A stretch of DNA of 64,000 nucleotides, taken from a virus (lineage: Duplodnaviria > Caudoviricetes). Under the pieces are notes generated by a model that was given only the letters and a program-made list of their open reading frames with translations, was not told the DNA's origin and did not search any database. A program made the position numbers and the translations under genes. The stretch is taken from positions 259 through 64,258 of the IMG/VR virus record IMGVR_UViG_3300003322_000628, one strand, 5' to 3'. Within the stretch, counting starts at the first letter, position 1. Each line of letters starts with the position of its first letter. This document shows positions 9,572 to 18,913 of the stretch, one piece after another.

Positions 9572-9924
9572 TGAACCGAGTAGTGGTTTACGGAAGCCTA
9601 AAGCGCGGCTTTGGTAACCACCGATTGCTAGAGACAGCTGAGTTTGTTGGGCCGTGCGTGTTCCGAGGCACAATGTACAGTCTCGGCGGATTCCCTGCTG
9701 TGTCTCTACACGGGGACACGCAGATTGTTGGAGAGCTGTATGATGTAGATGACGCTACGCTCTCTCGTCTTGATGGCCTCGAAGGATTCCGTGGTCATGG
9801 AGAACGCAATTGGTATGAGCGAGAGAAGATTGAAACAAACAAGGGGCCTGCGTGGGTGTACACGCAGGACGCCGACCAGCAGCTTTCGTCCTATCCGATT
9901 GTCAAGAGTGGGGTGTGGGAGTGA
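9568..9924 (+). CDS. gamma-glutamylcyclotransferase (AIG2-like)
   Basis: VYGSLKRGFGNH, GELYDV, LDGLEG, YERE. Confidence 0.9.
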   Translation: MMNRVVVYGSLKRGFGNHRLLETAEFVGPCVFRGTMYSLGGFPAVSLHGDTQIVGELYDVDDATLSRLDGLEGFRGHGERNWYEREKIETNKGPAWVYTQDADQQLSSYPIVKSGVWE

Positions 9925-10295
9925 AGATTGAAATTGGAAAGACGTACGCCGTCCGCTCAGTAATTGGCGGCCACGTTGTTAATAATTTCCAAGTGCGGGC
10001 TCTTGGGCAGGACGGATGGTACTACGGCCTGTGGATGGAGACAAACGATAGTGGTGCCGCAGCCGGTAGGTTTTCTGCGGAAGGACTAACAGACAAATGC
10101 GGCTACAGACTGGCGCCCAACATCAAGAAGGTGAAGAAGTATACTGCAGTGCTATCGCCAAAAACGAAGGGCTTCAAGATACAGATGGCAGCGATGATGT
10201 TCGATACTGAACAGCAAGTTATAGAGCATTGGGCAGACTCTGCTTTTTTCAAGATCATCAAAATTGTGGAAGTAGAGTGGGAAGAGGAGGAATAA
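9921..10295 (+). CDS. hypothetical protein
   Basis: GTG start coupled; KIEIGKTY start. Confidence 0.6.
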   Translation: MKIEIGKTYAVRSVIGGHVVNNFQVRALGQDGWYYGLWMETNDSGAAAGRFSAEGLTDKCGYRLAPNIKKVKKYTAVLSPKTKGFKIQMAAMMFDTEQQVIEHWADSAFFKIIKIVEVEWEEEE

Positions 10296-11408
10296 ATGGG
10301 ACAGAACGTAGGTCAGCGATACAAGCGTACAGTCCATCGCCAGCCAGAGGTTGACGACAGCCTACCCGTGCCCTACGCCAAGGTGGGCATCGAGATCGAA
10401 GTGGAGGGCTATCGCACCAAGGAAGATTTGGGTGGATGGCTAAACCACTGGTCAATTAAGGAAGACCACAGCCTTCGCAATAATGGCATGGAGTTTGTCA
10501 CAGATCAGGGCATGGTTGGGAAGGATATCAAGCTATGCATTGAGAACATCTGCAAGCTGTTCAGGCACAACAAATACAGCGAGGGCTATCCGCGCGCCGG
10601 CATTCACTTCCACATCGACGTAACGGACTTGAACGAGCACAGCAACACGCAGCTGCTCAATCTGGTGCTTGCGTATATGCTGTTTGAGAAGGCCGTCTTT
10701 CGCTTTGCTGGCGAGTGGCGAGAGGCTTGCGGATTTTGCGATCCTCTTCTGCTTAGCCAGCGAGACTTCCCGAACATCAGCGCCTTGCTGTACGACTGGA
10801 ATAACCTGTACCCACTGAGTGAGGGCAGGTTTAGCAAGTATCAGGCCATTAACTTTCTACCGCTCGCTCGTTTTGGCACGCTTGAATTTCGCCAGCTCCC
10901 CACCACGTTTGATGCACAGCGTATCATCGACTGGCTGTGCATTTGCCTGAGCTTCAAGCAGTATGCCGTCAACTATGACGTTGATCCTGTTGATTACATG
11001 GACAAATATGGTGTTGATGGCCTTGTCAATGCTGTGTTTGGCAAGTGGCGCAGCGCTGTGGACAAATATATCGTAGACGCGGAGATTAAAGCTGCTGCTC
11101 TGGAAGTTAGAAGCCTGCGTATTGGCCGATCTTTCTCTGGCAAGAAAGCAGTTAAGCCGGTGTTGGATAGCTGGGACAAGCCAGACAATCCTTTGCTACT
11201 TAGCAAGATAGAACAGGCACCAAAAAGGCCGGCCGCTAAAAAAATAGACGCGGCTACACTAGAAGCCGTAGCTTTAGACCGGCAGCACGCTGCCGACGCT
11301 GCGCTGTTCGGCGCGGGCAGAGAAGCAGAGTGGCTGCGCTTGAACGAGCAGTTGGCGCAACAGCTACGCGGCGTGCCCGACCTCATCCCGCCGCAACGTC
11401 GTCGTTAA
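10296..11408 (+). CDS. putative amidoligase (glutamine-synthetase-like fold)
   Basis: VGIEIEVE, DHSLRNNGMEFV, AGIHFHID, KYQAIN, FGTLEFR. Confidence 0.9.
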   Translation: MGQNVGQRYKRTVHRQPEVDDSLPVPYAKVGIEIEVEGYRTKEDLGGWLNHWSIKEDHSLRNNGMEFVTDQGMVGKDIKLCIENICKLFRHNKYSEGYPRAGIHFHIDVTDLNEHSNTQLLNLVLAYMLFEKAVFRFAGEWREACGFCDPLLLSQRDFPNISALLYDWNNLYPLSEGRFSKYQAINFLPLARFGTLEFRQLPTTFDAQRIIDWLCICLSFKQYAVNYDVDPVDYMDKYGVDGLVNAVFGKWRSAVDKYIVDAEIKAAALEVRSLRIGRSFSGKKAVKPVLDSWDKPDNPLLLSKIEQAPKRPAAKKIDAATLEAVALDRQHAADAALFGAGREAEWLRLNEQLAQQLRGVPDLIPPQRRR

Positions 11409-11430
11409 TTCAATTTAAGGAGAACGTGCC

Positions 11431-12831
11431 ATTTGTGGTATTCTTGGTGTCATTAACGGCGAACAGTCGTGGAAGAAGGGCCTCGGTGAGCTGAATGCTT
11501 ACATGAAGCAGGGCTGCATCTCAGGTATTTTCCGAGGAGAGGACAGCACCGGGCTGGTTCAGATCAGCAGGAAGTTTGATTCTCGTGTTCTGAAGATGCC
11601 CTTTGACGGATACATCTTCGCTCAGCAGAAGAAGGTAAAGCAGGCATTCGATAATGTGGATAGCAATTTCGCTACTATTGTCCATCACCGCGCTGCTACT
11701 CATGGCACAGTCAGCATGGACAATTGCCATCCCTTCGAGCACAAGGCAGGCGAACGTTACGTAGTGGGAGTGCATAACGGCACCATCCACACGTTCAGTA
11801 GGAACGAAGATGGCAAGAGCTTTGATGTAGATAGCGACTGGCTCTACCATCGCATCGCTCGCGACGGCGCTATGAAGGCGCTCGGTAGCCTGAGTGGGGG
11901 CTCTTACGCCCTTGTCTGGGCGGAGAAGCCAAGCGATAAGATTTTCATGGCCGTTAATGAGCAGCGGCCGCTGGCGTTTGCTTTCGTCAGAGGGCTCAAT
12001 GCTATGGTATTGGCTAGCGAGCACGCCCATCTGTGGTATTTGGCGTGGCGGAATGGTATCGAAGTGGAACAGATTATGTATCCAGCCGTAGACACCATCT
12101 ACGAATTCGATCCCAAGGGGGATTTGCGCGACTATAAAACCCACGACATTGAGAAGATAAAGTATAAGCCACCAGCCTACTCTGCTCCTTCTTATTCATC
12201 TGCGCCACCTGTCAATCAGGTGGTGAGGCAGCACGGTGTTAATGAAATTAGAGATGTGTATGGTGCAGCTTCCAACTTGAATGAGATGGGGTTCAATCCC
12301 GGCGAGGAGTTGGAGTTTGTCCTTCACCGCAAGCTCGCGATGGCAAATAGAGCGACAGAAACATACGCGCTGTTTGGAGAAGTGATTAATCCGAGGGCTG
12401 TTGTAGAAAAGGCTGTAATCAATGGCGCTACGTCTAATGTCATTGAGAACATGACCAAATCCAAGCTTATCATGGTGAAGGCTTTGGGTACGCGAGAAAT
12501 CACAGATCGAACCACAGGAAAGGTGGTGGACAAATTTGTAATTTGCAGCACTCCGTCTTGCGATATCGAGGATGATAGTGGAGAGCAACTTGCTAACGTG
12601 GAGGATGAGAATAGCGACCCTTTCGTCATTGGGCCGCGTGGCAATCCCGTAACTAAGGAAGAATGGGAGCGCCTCACTTCCAGAGGGTGTTCCCATTGCG
12701 GCGAGCGATTTCACGTCGAAGAGGCTGGGACTATTGTCTGGACTTCTTCTGGGGATAGCCCTGTGTGTGCTCAGTGTATTCAGTGGTGGAACAACCAGTA
12801 CCCCAACAGCATGAGGGGGATGTTGAATTGA
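11431..12831 (+). CDS. class II (Ntn) glutamine amidotransferase with C-terminal Zn finger; predicted ATT start
   Basis: TAAGGAG-N8-ATT TGT GGT ATT CTT GGT gives (M)CGILG; RGEDSTG, HHRAATHG, HPF, HNGT, DSD; CSHC...CAQC. Confidence 0.88.
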   Translation: MCGILGVINGEQSWKKGLGELNAYMKQGCISGIFRGEDSTGLVQISRKFDSRVLKMPFDGYIFAQQKKVKQAFDNVDSNFATIVHHRAATHGTVSMDNCHPFEHKAGERYVVGVHNGTIHTFSRNEDGKSFDVDSDWLYHRIARDGAMKALGSLSGGSYALVWAEKPSDKIFMAVNEQRPLAFAFVRGLNAMVLASEHAHLWYLAWRNGIEVEQIMYPAVDTIYEFDPKGDLRDYKTHDIEKIKYKPPAYSAPSYSSAPPVNQVVRQHGVNEIRDVYGAASNLNEMGFNPGEELEFVLHRKLAMANRATETYALFGEVINPRAVVEKAVINGATSNVIENMTKSKLIMVKALGTREITDRTTGKVVDKFVICSTPSCDIEDDSGEQLANVEDENSDPFVIGPRGNPVTKEEWERLTSRGCSHCGERFHVEEAGTIVWTSSGDSPVCAQCIQWWNNQYPNSMRGMLN

Positions 12832-13649
12832 GCGTCGAAGTGTACAGCGTACGAGACAAGATTAGGGATATTGCTGGTGAGCTTGCTCTAGATGAGCAGG
12901 CCACCGGCCTTACATGCCCCTACTGTGCCGGCGGCAGTAGTGGAGAGAAGTCCCTGTCTGTCATTCGCAAAGCTAACAAAGCTGAATATTTCTGCCATCG
13001 CGCTAGTTGCAACATGCACGGCGCTGTCAATATGGCTGGACGAGAGCTGATAGTTGCTAAGAAGAAGGAATACCACGCGCCTCCTGAGTTTAAAATGGAG
13101 GGAGTGCCGGAGGCCGTTCTAGAAAAAATCAAGGACAGAATTTCCAAGCGCCACATTATGCTTGAGGGCGTGATGTGGTGCCCTACACAACAGAGACTGG
13201 CGATCCCAATCAGGAACAGATACAACCAGCGCATCGGGTATGTCTTTCGAGCGATAGAAAAAACTGACAAATCAAAAGCTTACATCCGCCTTACGGATTC
13301 TACGTTTCCTGTAATGAGCTGGCATCGCAAGGATGGGGACGCGTTTGGAAATTGGGGGGGCACTCCGATTGTACTTGTCGAGGACATCCCATCTGCGTAC
13401 AAAGCGACGGAGTTTATCCATGCAATAGCACTCCTTGGCACCAATCTGTCGGATAACAAGGTGGCGGACATTATCAAAATGAAGCCACGCAAAGTATTAG
13501 TGGCTCTGGATCAGGACGCCACAGCTAAAGCTGCTGCAGCGCTAGCTAGGTATGACGGTGTTCTGGACAGCATAGAACTTAGGCCGCTGACAAAAGACTT
13601 GAAGGACTGCTCCTCTGAAGAAATCAAAGAGGCGCTCCAGCTAGGTTAA
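12828..13649 (+). CDS. DNA primase (Zn ribbon + TOPRIM)
   Basis: CPYC...CHRASC; VLVED..SA; ALLGT; VALDQD; TTG start coupled to the upstream TGA. Confidence 0.88.
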   Translation: MSVEVYSVRDKIRDIAGELALDEQATGLTCPYCAGGSSGEKSLSVIRKANKAEYFCHRASCNMHGAVNMAGRELIVAKKKEYHAPPEFKMEGVPEAVLEKIKDRISKRHIMLEGVMWCPTQQRLAIPIRNRYNQRIGYVFRAIEKTDKSKAYIRLTDSTFPVMSWHRKDGDAFGNWGGTPIVLVEDIPSAYKATEFIHAIALLGTNLSDNKVADIIKMKPRKVLVALDQDATAKAAAALARYDGVLDSIELRPLTKDLKDCSSEEIKEALQLG

Positions 13650-13651
13650 CA

Positions 13652-13955
13652 ATGCCTTCCTTAAAGAAACGCCCCAAAAAAAGTTGAGGCTCTGACGTGG
13701 GCCTCTAAGGGAAAGTGTTTTTATTGTGGACAATTTATGGGAACGAGGGCCACATGGGACCATTTCCTTCCAGTTGTTAGAGGACACAGCCATAGACTGA
13801 ACATCGTGCTGGCATGCAAGAAATGCAATTGTCGTAAAGGCCATCGTAGGCCCAGCCCAAAGCAAAGGGAGAAGTTTATCTACTTCACCCACGCTTACAT
13901 AGCCCACCGCCTTTCCACTCTTTCTGGTGCAGAGCAGCCAAAGGATATCGCGTAA
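13652..13955 (+). pseudogene. HNH endonuclease (McrA-like) with frameshift in an A7 run
   Basis: CFYC...TWDHFLP...NIVLACKKCNCRKG is in a different frame from ATG 13652; A7 at 13676-13682. Confidence 0.55.
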
Positions 13956-14509
13956 TGTACGGTTTGTCGCAGGCGCATTTTGAAATTCTCCGGGACAAGT
14001 TTATTCCGCTGATTGAGGAACTTCTGAATAAGGCGGAAGTCAAAAGAGAGGGTCCCGTCGAGTTTACAATGGAGCTCGTTGAAACGGACAAAGGAAACAT
14101 CAATCACTCAAACGTTTACAGGTTTGAGCTGCGCGTACGACGCGAGACGATGGTTCCTATCAGAAAAGGCGGTTATTGGGGTTTTGTAAAACAAATTCAG
14201 CCTTGCACAGTTTTGTACTTCTACCTCAGCACTATGCCCGGCTGCTGCGGAGTGCTAATTAGCAACAGCATGTATGTTTATGAGGACTTCAGAAACAAAG
14301 GCCTAGCAACTCTGATGCAGCAATTTAAGGAGCAGTTTGCCTTTAGCGCAGGTTATACAGTGTTGCTAGCTACGGAAAAGGAAGGAAGTGGTAACAGAGG
14401 GATATTGCAAAAGAGTGGGTGGGAAATCAAAAGCTCTTTCAATAACCGGCGCTCAGCTAATCAAGTAAATATTCTGGTAAAGGAGCTAAAACCTATTGGG
14501 CCAAAATGA
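13955..14509 (+). CDS. GNAT-like acetyltransferase, CCG/NxxS family paralogue 4
   Basis: MPGCCG; VYEDFRNKGLAT (GNAT motif A); ILQKSGW; FNNRRSANQV. Confidence 0.7.
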   Translation: MYGLSQAHFEILRDKFIPLIEELLNKAEVKREGPVEFTMELVETDKGNINHSNVYRFELRVRRETMVPIRKGGYWGFVKQIQPCTVLYFYLSTMPGCCGVLISNSMYVYEDFRNKGLATLMQQFKEQFAFSAGYTVLLATEKEGSGNRGILQKSGWEIKSSFNNRRSANQVNILVKELKPIGPK

Positions 14510-15716
14510 GCCATCACTAGAGAAGAAAGTAGTTGCTGCTTCTATAAGGAGCAAAGGTGCGTTCAATCGAATCGAAGCCGCTTCAACCTTCGATGACTAC
14601 ACGCCTTACGGCAGCTACTGTCTTAAGCTTGTAAAGCGTTTTTACGAGCGCGATCCCGAGGCCTCTAAGGTAGATAGGGACGTGCTATTGGAGTGGGTGA
14701 AGGCTGACATACCTGATAAAAATCAGCCTCTCTATTCCGACTTCATCAAAGAATGCTGTGCTATTGACGTATCTTCCACAAACATCGCCGATTTGGTGGT
14801 GGACACAAAGCGCAGGAACATAAGCAACAGGCTTGCGGCTGCCCTTCTAGACAGGAAGGATCAGCCTAAAATCCTTGAGCTAATGAACTCCTACACTTCG
14901 TTGGAAGAGGCGGAGGAGGCCGAAGAGGAAGAGAATTTCTCCGAGGTAAGCATTGAAGACATGCTTCGCCAAGAAGCAGAAGGAGCAGGACTACGAATAA
15001 AGCTACTGCCTAAACAGCTCGACGAAATCTGCAAGGGTAAAACAAAGCGCGGACACCATATTGTTGTGTTCGCTAGGCCTGAGACAGGCAAGACATGCCT
15101 TACGCTTACAATGGCGTTTGGCTTTGCGTTGCAGGGCTTGGATGTAATTATCTTCGGCAACGAAGAGCCTGTCCAAGATACAATCCTTCGTGCTCAGTGC
15201 TGTTTCACTGGCATGACAGAGGAGGAAATCAAGGCCAATCCTGCACGAGCGCAGGCTTTGTTGGATAAGCGTGGGTGGAAACATCTTCGTTTCATTCCTT
15301 TGAGCCCCGGCTCGCCCAAGCAGATTGACAAGTATGTCGAACGGTATAAGCCAGACGTTGTTATTGTCGATCAGATTCGCAACCTGAATGTCGGGGCTGA
15401 GACGCGTGTAAATCAGCTTGAGATGGCAGCGACGTCGATGCGCAACATCGGCAAGCGGCGCAACTGCCTGATGATTAGCGTTACGCAGGCTGGCGACAGT
15501 GCCAACAATAAGCTTGTTCTGGATATGGGAGATATTGACTTCAGCAATACAGGAATCCCTGCCACAGCCGATTTGATGGTGGGTATGGGTGTTAACGCTG
15601 AGAAGGAGGCACAAGGACTTCGCGTGTTCAACACGCCAAAGAACAAGATTGGTGGTAGGCACCAGCACTTTCAGTGTTTGATTAAACAGCAAATCTCTAG
15701 ACTGGAGGATTTGTAA
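14496..15716 (+). CDS. DnaB-like replicative helicase
   Basis: Walker A ARPETGKT; NEE; VVIVDQ; SVTQA; KNK. Confidence 0.9.
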   Translation: MGQNEPSLEKKVVAASIRSKGAFNRIEAASTFDDYTPYGSYCLKLVKRFYERDPEASKVDRDVLLEWVKADIPDKNQPLYSDFIKECCAIDVSSTNIADLVVDTKRRNISNRLAAALLDRKDQPKILELMNSYTSLEEAEEAEEEENFSEVSIEDMLRQEAEGAGLRIKLLPKQLDEICKGKTKRGHHIVVFARPETGKTCLTLTMAFGFALQGLDVIIFGNEEPVQDTILRAQCCFTGMTEEEIKANPARAQALLDKRGWKHLRFIPLSPGSPKQIDKYVERYKPDVVIVDQIRNLNVGAETRVNQLEMAATSMRNIGKRRNCLMISVTQAGDSANNKLVLDMGDIDFSNTGIPATADLMVGMGVNAEKEAQGLRVFNTPKNKIGGRHQHFQCLIKQQISRLEDL

Positions 15717-16072
15717 TGCCGTGTCGTTGTGATTATCTGGAACCCACAGCCCGAGAGCGTGGGAGTTTGGCGGTACGGGAATTCTTGAAAGAAGTTGGAT
15801 ATGCTGTTAAGCGCAGCGGGCCTTACGGTAATGTGGACAAGCTAGATGAGGACACCGCAAAGCTCTGTTCTTTCCTTAAAGCGCAAAGCAAGGAGGTTAT
15901 TTCAGGTTTAAGTTTGGAGCTTCAAATTTGGTGGAGAGATCATCAGAAGGCAGACGCCGCTAGAAAACAGCGTGAAGAGGTACAGCGAAAGCAAGTTAGG
16001 GAGCGCGCCCTATCTAAACTCTCGGAAGAAGAACTCCGAGCACTCGGTGTGAAGAAAGGGAGGGATTGGTAA
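15716..16072 (+). CDS. hypothetical protein
   Basis: MPC start, WWRDHQKAD, ALSKLSEEELRALG phage motif. Confidence 0.7.
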   Translation: MPCRCDYLEPTARERGSLAVREFLKEVGYAVKRSGPYGNVDKLDEDTAKLCSFLKAQSKEVISGLSLELQIWWRDHQKADAARKQREEVQRKQVRERALSKLSEEELRALGVKKGRDW

Positions 16073-16515
16073 TGATTGTGTATTTCCTTCGTGGGTTGCC
16101 GGGAGCGGGTAAGAGCGCGCTTGCTAACGAGCTTCTGAATGTGCACGCTGACGCAACTATCGCTTGGGGAGATGAAGAAAAGGCTATCTCTATTGAAGCC
16201 GACGACTACTTCATTGACGAGAACGGCGAGTACAATTTCGATCCGGGCAAATTGGAAGAGGCCCATTCCTATTGTCGTGAGCGCTATCAGAAAGCTCTGC
16301 ACGAGCATGTTAATTGTATCATCGTCTCTAACGTTTCAGCCGAGAAGAAACATGTCGATTGGTATAAGGAGGAAGCAGAGCTGTACGGATACATGTTCAT
16401 TTCCCTGATTGTCGAAAACCGCGATCAGCGTAAGAGCATCCACAACGTTCCTGCCAAGAGCGTGCAGAACATGGCTCGCAAGTTTGACATTCAGCTCGGC
16501 CCTACGGAGTATTGA
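16072..16515 (+). CDS. P-loop kinase (AAA_33/polynucleotide-kinase-like)
   Basis: LRGLPGAGKS; EADDYF; IIVSN; HNVP. Confidence 0.85.
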   Translation: MIVYFLRGLPGAGKSALANELLNVHADATIAWGDEEKAISIEADDYFIDENGEYNFDPGKLEEAHSYCRERYQKALHEHVNCIIVSNVSAEKKHVDWYKEEAELYGYMFISLIVENRDQRKSIHNVPAKSVQNMARKFDIQLGPTEY

Positions 16516-16904
16516 TGAACGCACTTGAGCAGTACAACGAAATCGCTGTTAAGATTCCTGAGCTTAAGCTCTTGTTTGAAAAGGAAATTGTCGATCAAAC
16601 CAAACCTCTTGAAGAGAGATGGGATTACTGGTGCAAAGCCCCAGATGCGTTGAAGAATGAAGAGCCCTACATCAAGCGTTTCGATTCGGAAAAGCTTTTG
16701 CCGGATGGCCGAATTGATTGGTATGACGATTTTGGCATTGAGCGTCGCCGCGTAGTAGACCTGTGTGTGTTTCTCGACGAGCACGTTTTGGATGTGTGGA
16801 ATGGCGAAGAGCACTGGGCTGATGGGTGGAACGAACAGATAAGGGATGCTTTTCGAGAAGAAGTGTTGGCTAAAAACCTAGGCTCATTTGTGATGGACTG
16901 GTAG
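16512..16904 (+). CDS. hypothetical protein
   Basis: coupled ORF, 130 aa. Confidence 0.65.
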   Translation: MMNALEQYNEIAVKIPELKLLFEKEIVDQTKPLEERWDYWCKAPDALKNEEPYIKRFDSEKLLPDGRIDWYDDFGIERRRVVDLCVFLDEHVLDVWNGEEHWADGWNEQIRDAFREEVLAKNLGSFVMDW

Positions 16905-16924
16905 GTCGAAATGAGATTTCTCCT

Positions 16925-17119
16925 ATGAAAATCTGGATTGTCAGAGCTGAAGATTGGAGTCAATGCTTCTACGAAGGAGACACCCCGTCTACAGTTATCA
17001 AAGCGTTTTCCTCTGAAGAGGGGGCGCAGGCTTTTATGGCAGCAGAGAAAGCCAAATATAAAAACAAGAAGTATCGTTACAGTCTCTCTTGGGAAGTGGA
17101 GGAGATGGATGTAGAATGA
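16925..17119 (+). CDS. hypothetical protein
   Basis: coupled to the next gene. Confidence 0.55.
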   Translation: MKIWIVRAEDWSQCFYEGDTPSTVIKAFSSEEGAQAFMAAEKAKYKNKKYRYSLSWEVEEMDVE

Positions 17120-17658
17120 GAACATTCGTCATAGCAGATTTGCACTTCGGGCATGAGAAGATTGTCAAGTTTGAAAAGGAGGGCAAGCCTCTGCGTCCTT
17201 GGGATGACGTAGATGAAATGAACAAAGTATTAGTCTCCAATTGGAATGCCGTGGTTGGAGACAAGGACTTGGTGTATGTGCTCGGAGATTTCACTGTCAA
17301 TGGTAAGCACGTCTGGCTAGCGCAAGAACTGCGCGGGCGGAAGGTGTTGGTGAAGGGTAATCACGACACGGCCAAGCTTGCTGAATACGCAGAATACTTC
17401 GAGGATGTAATAGCATGCCGCGTTCTTGATTGGGCAATCCTCACACACATCCCTATCCATCCGATGGAGCTTGGTAGGTTCAAGCACAACATTCACGGCC
17501 ACTTGCATGATAAACGTGTACCTTTGATGTGCGACTCCCAACATCCCGCGCTTCTTCAGATCGTAGCCGACCCAGCCTACACATGCGTAAGCGTAGAACA
17601 GACGGGCTATAAGCCTATGGACATACAGGAGATTTATGAACGAGTCAGAGCTGGATGA
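17116..17658 (+). CDS. calcineurin-like metallophosphoesterase
   Basis: ADLHFGH, VLGDF, GNHD, THIP, HGHLH. Confidence 0.9.
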   Translation: MRTFVIADLHFGHEKIVKFEKEGKPLRPWDDVDEMNKVLVSNWNAVVGDKDLVYVLGDFTVNGKHVWLAQELRGRKVLVKGNHDTAKLAEYAEYFEDVIACRVLDWAILTHIPIHPMELGRFKHNIHGHLHDKRVPLMCDSQHPALLQIVADPAYTCVSVEQTGYKPMDIQEIYERVRAG

Positions 17659-17796
17659 ACAAATCATGAACCACCTAAGCTTCGGGCGTGGCTCCGCAGG
17701 CTGGGACGATAAGCCAGTACTAGAGCTTCGCTGGAAGGGCAGGCGAGTGGACTATCTAGATGCGTACGACTTGCGCTTTATATTGGAGAATGGCCA

Positions 17797-18042
17797 ATGA
17801 AGCCTAAGACAGCTGAGCAGATACGCCTAGAACGCAACAGGAGAGCGCTGGAGGCGCAACGAATCATGGACAGCTACTCCCGGTCGTCTCAGATAGACGA
17901 CAGCCTTGTAGCGATTGTAGAGGCCGCTCTGATAGAGACGTCCTTAGAGAGCACGCTTAACTCCAGTAGCTTCGCAGACAGCGATGCTTTCTCCGGCGGA
18001 GGAGGGGATTTCTCCGGAGGCGGTAGTAGTGGAGATTTCTGA
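17797..18042 (+). CDS. small protein with TPM-like Gly-rich tail
   Basis: ends FSGGGGDFSGGGSSGDF; GGAG RBS. Confidence 0.65.
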   Translation: MKPKTAEQIRLERNRRALEAQRIMDSYSRSSQIDDSLVAIVEAALIETSLESTLNSSSFADSDAFSGGGGDFSGGGSSGDF

Positions 18043-18161
18043 GTATGAATAGCACATTCGTGCTTCTGGCTCTAGCAGTCGCGTTGCTGTATCTTTGGTC
18101 ATCTGATGATGACGATTGGAACTGCTATGGATGAAGCTGAACAGAAGATAAACAGCTGTTT

Positions 18162-18188
18162 GAACTAAGGGAACAAGCTTTTGTCTAA
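18162..18188 (+). promoter_or_regulatory. candidate ECF/sigmaE-like promoter GAAC-N17-GTCTAA
   Basis: GAACT 18162-66, GTCTAA 18183-88, upstream of the polymerase region. Confidence 0.45.
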
Positions 18189-18462
18189 TTAAAAGCTCTT
18201 GCTCTTGCTTTGTTTTTATCTTTGCTTTATCTTGCTTTTGCTTGCGTAATACCTTAGCAAGCCTAGACTAACTACAAGAGAACAACAATAAAGAAAGCAT
18301 GGATTTACTTTGTATTCAGCTTAAGTATTTTGCTAACTAGCATTCTCATACTGAAAGGATAGATGCAATGATTCTTGGTTTGGTGCTTGGGTTTTTCCTA
18401 GGCTGTTTCTTATTCATCGTAATTGATGACATGGGTAAGCTATAGTAGTTGGAGATAATCCA

Positions 18463-18657
18463 ATGTTAGCCCATCTCAATCTTGATAGAGGTAGATTTAT
18501 GATGGCTCTATCCGACGCTATGCAGCAGCGACAGGCTACTGTCGATAGGCTTACAAGCGAACTTAGCACAGCGCAGATACGCGTAGAAGAACTTAGGGAC
18601 AAGCTAGATTTGGCTAAGCGCCTTCAAGAAGAAACTAAGAGGATTGCTAGCCTATGA
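18463..18657 (+). CDS. small coiled-coil protein
   Basis: GGAG RBS, heptad pattern. Confidence 0.55.
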   Translation: MLAHLNLDRGRFMMALSDAMQQRQATVDRLTSELSTAQIRVEELRDKLDLAKRLQEETKRIASL

Positions 18658-18913
18658 GTTTTCTACTGCTGGTTTTCGTCTTCATGCTATGTGTCGTCAT
18701 GATAGCTGACGTGTTTGATACGCCGTGACTTTGGATGTATCTTATGCTAAAAGCCAAGCACTAGTAATTAGAAGAATAGCGGACAGGCTTACGCGTATTG
18801 GAGAGAGTATCAAAAGTCATGGCATAGTAGACTTCGGGCTACATCTAAAGACAGAAGTAGGGTATTTGATGGACGCTTTAGACATGAAAGAAGATGAGAG
18901 ATAAGGAGCTGCT

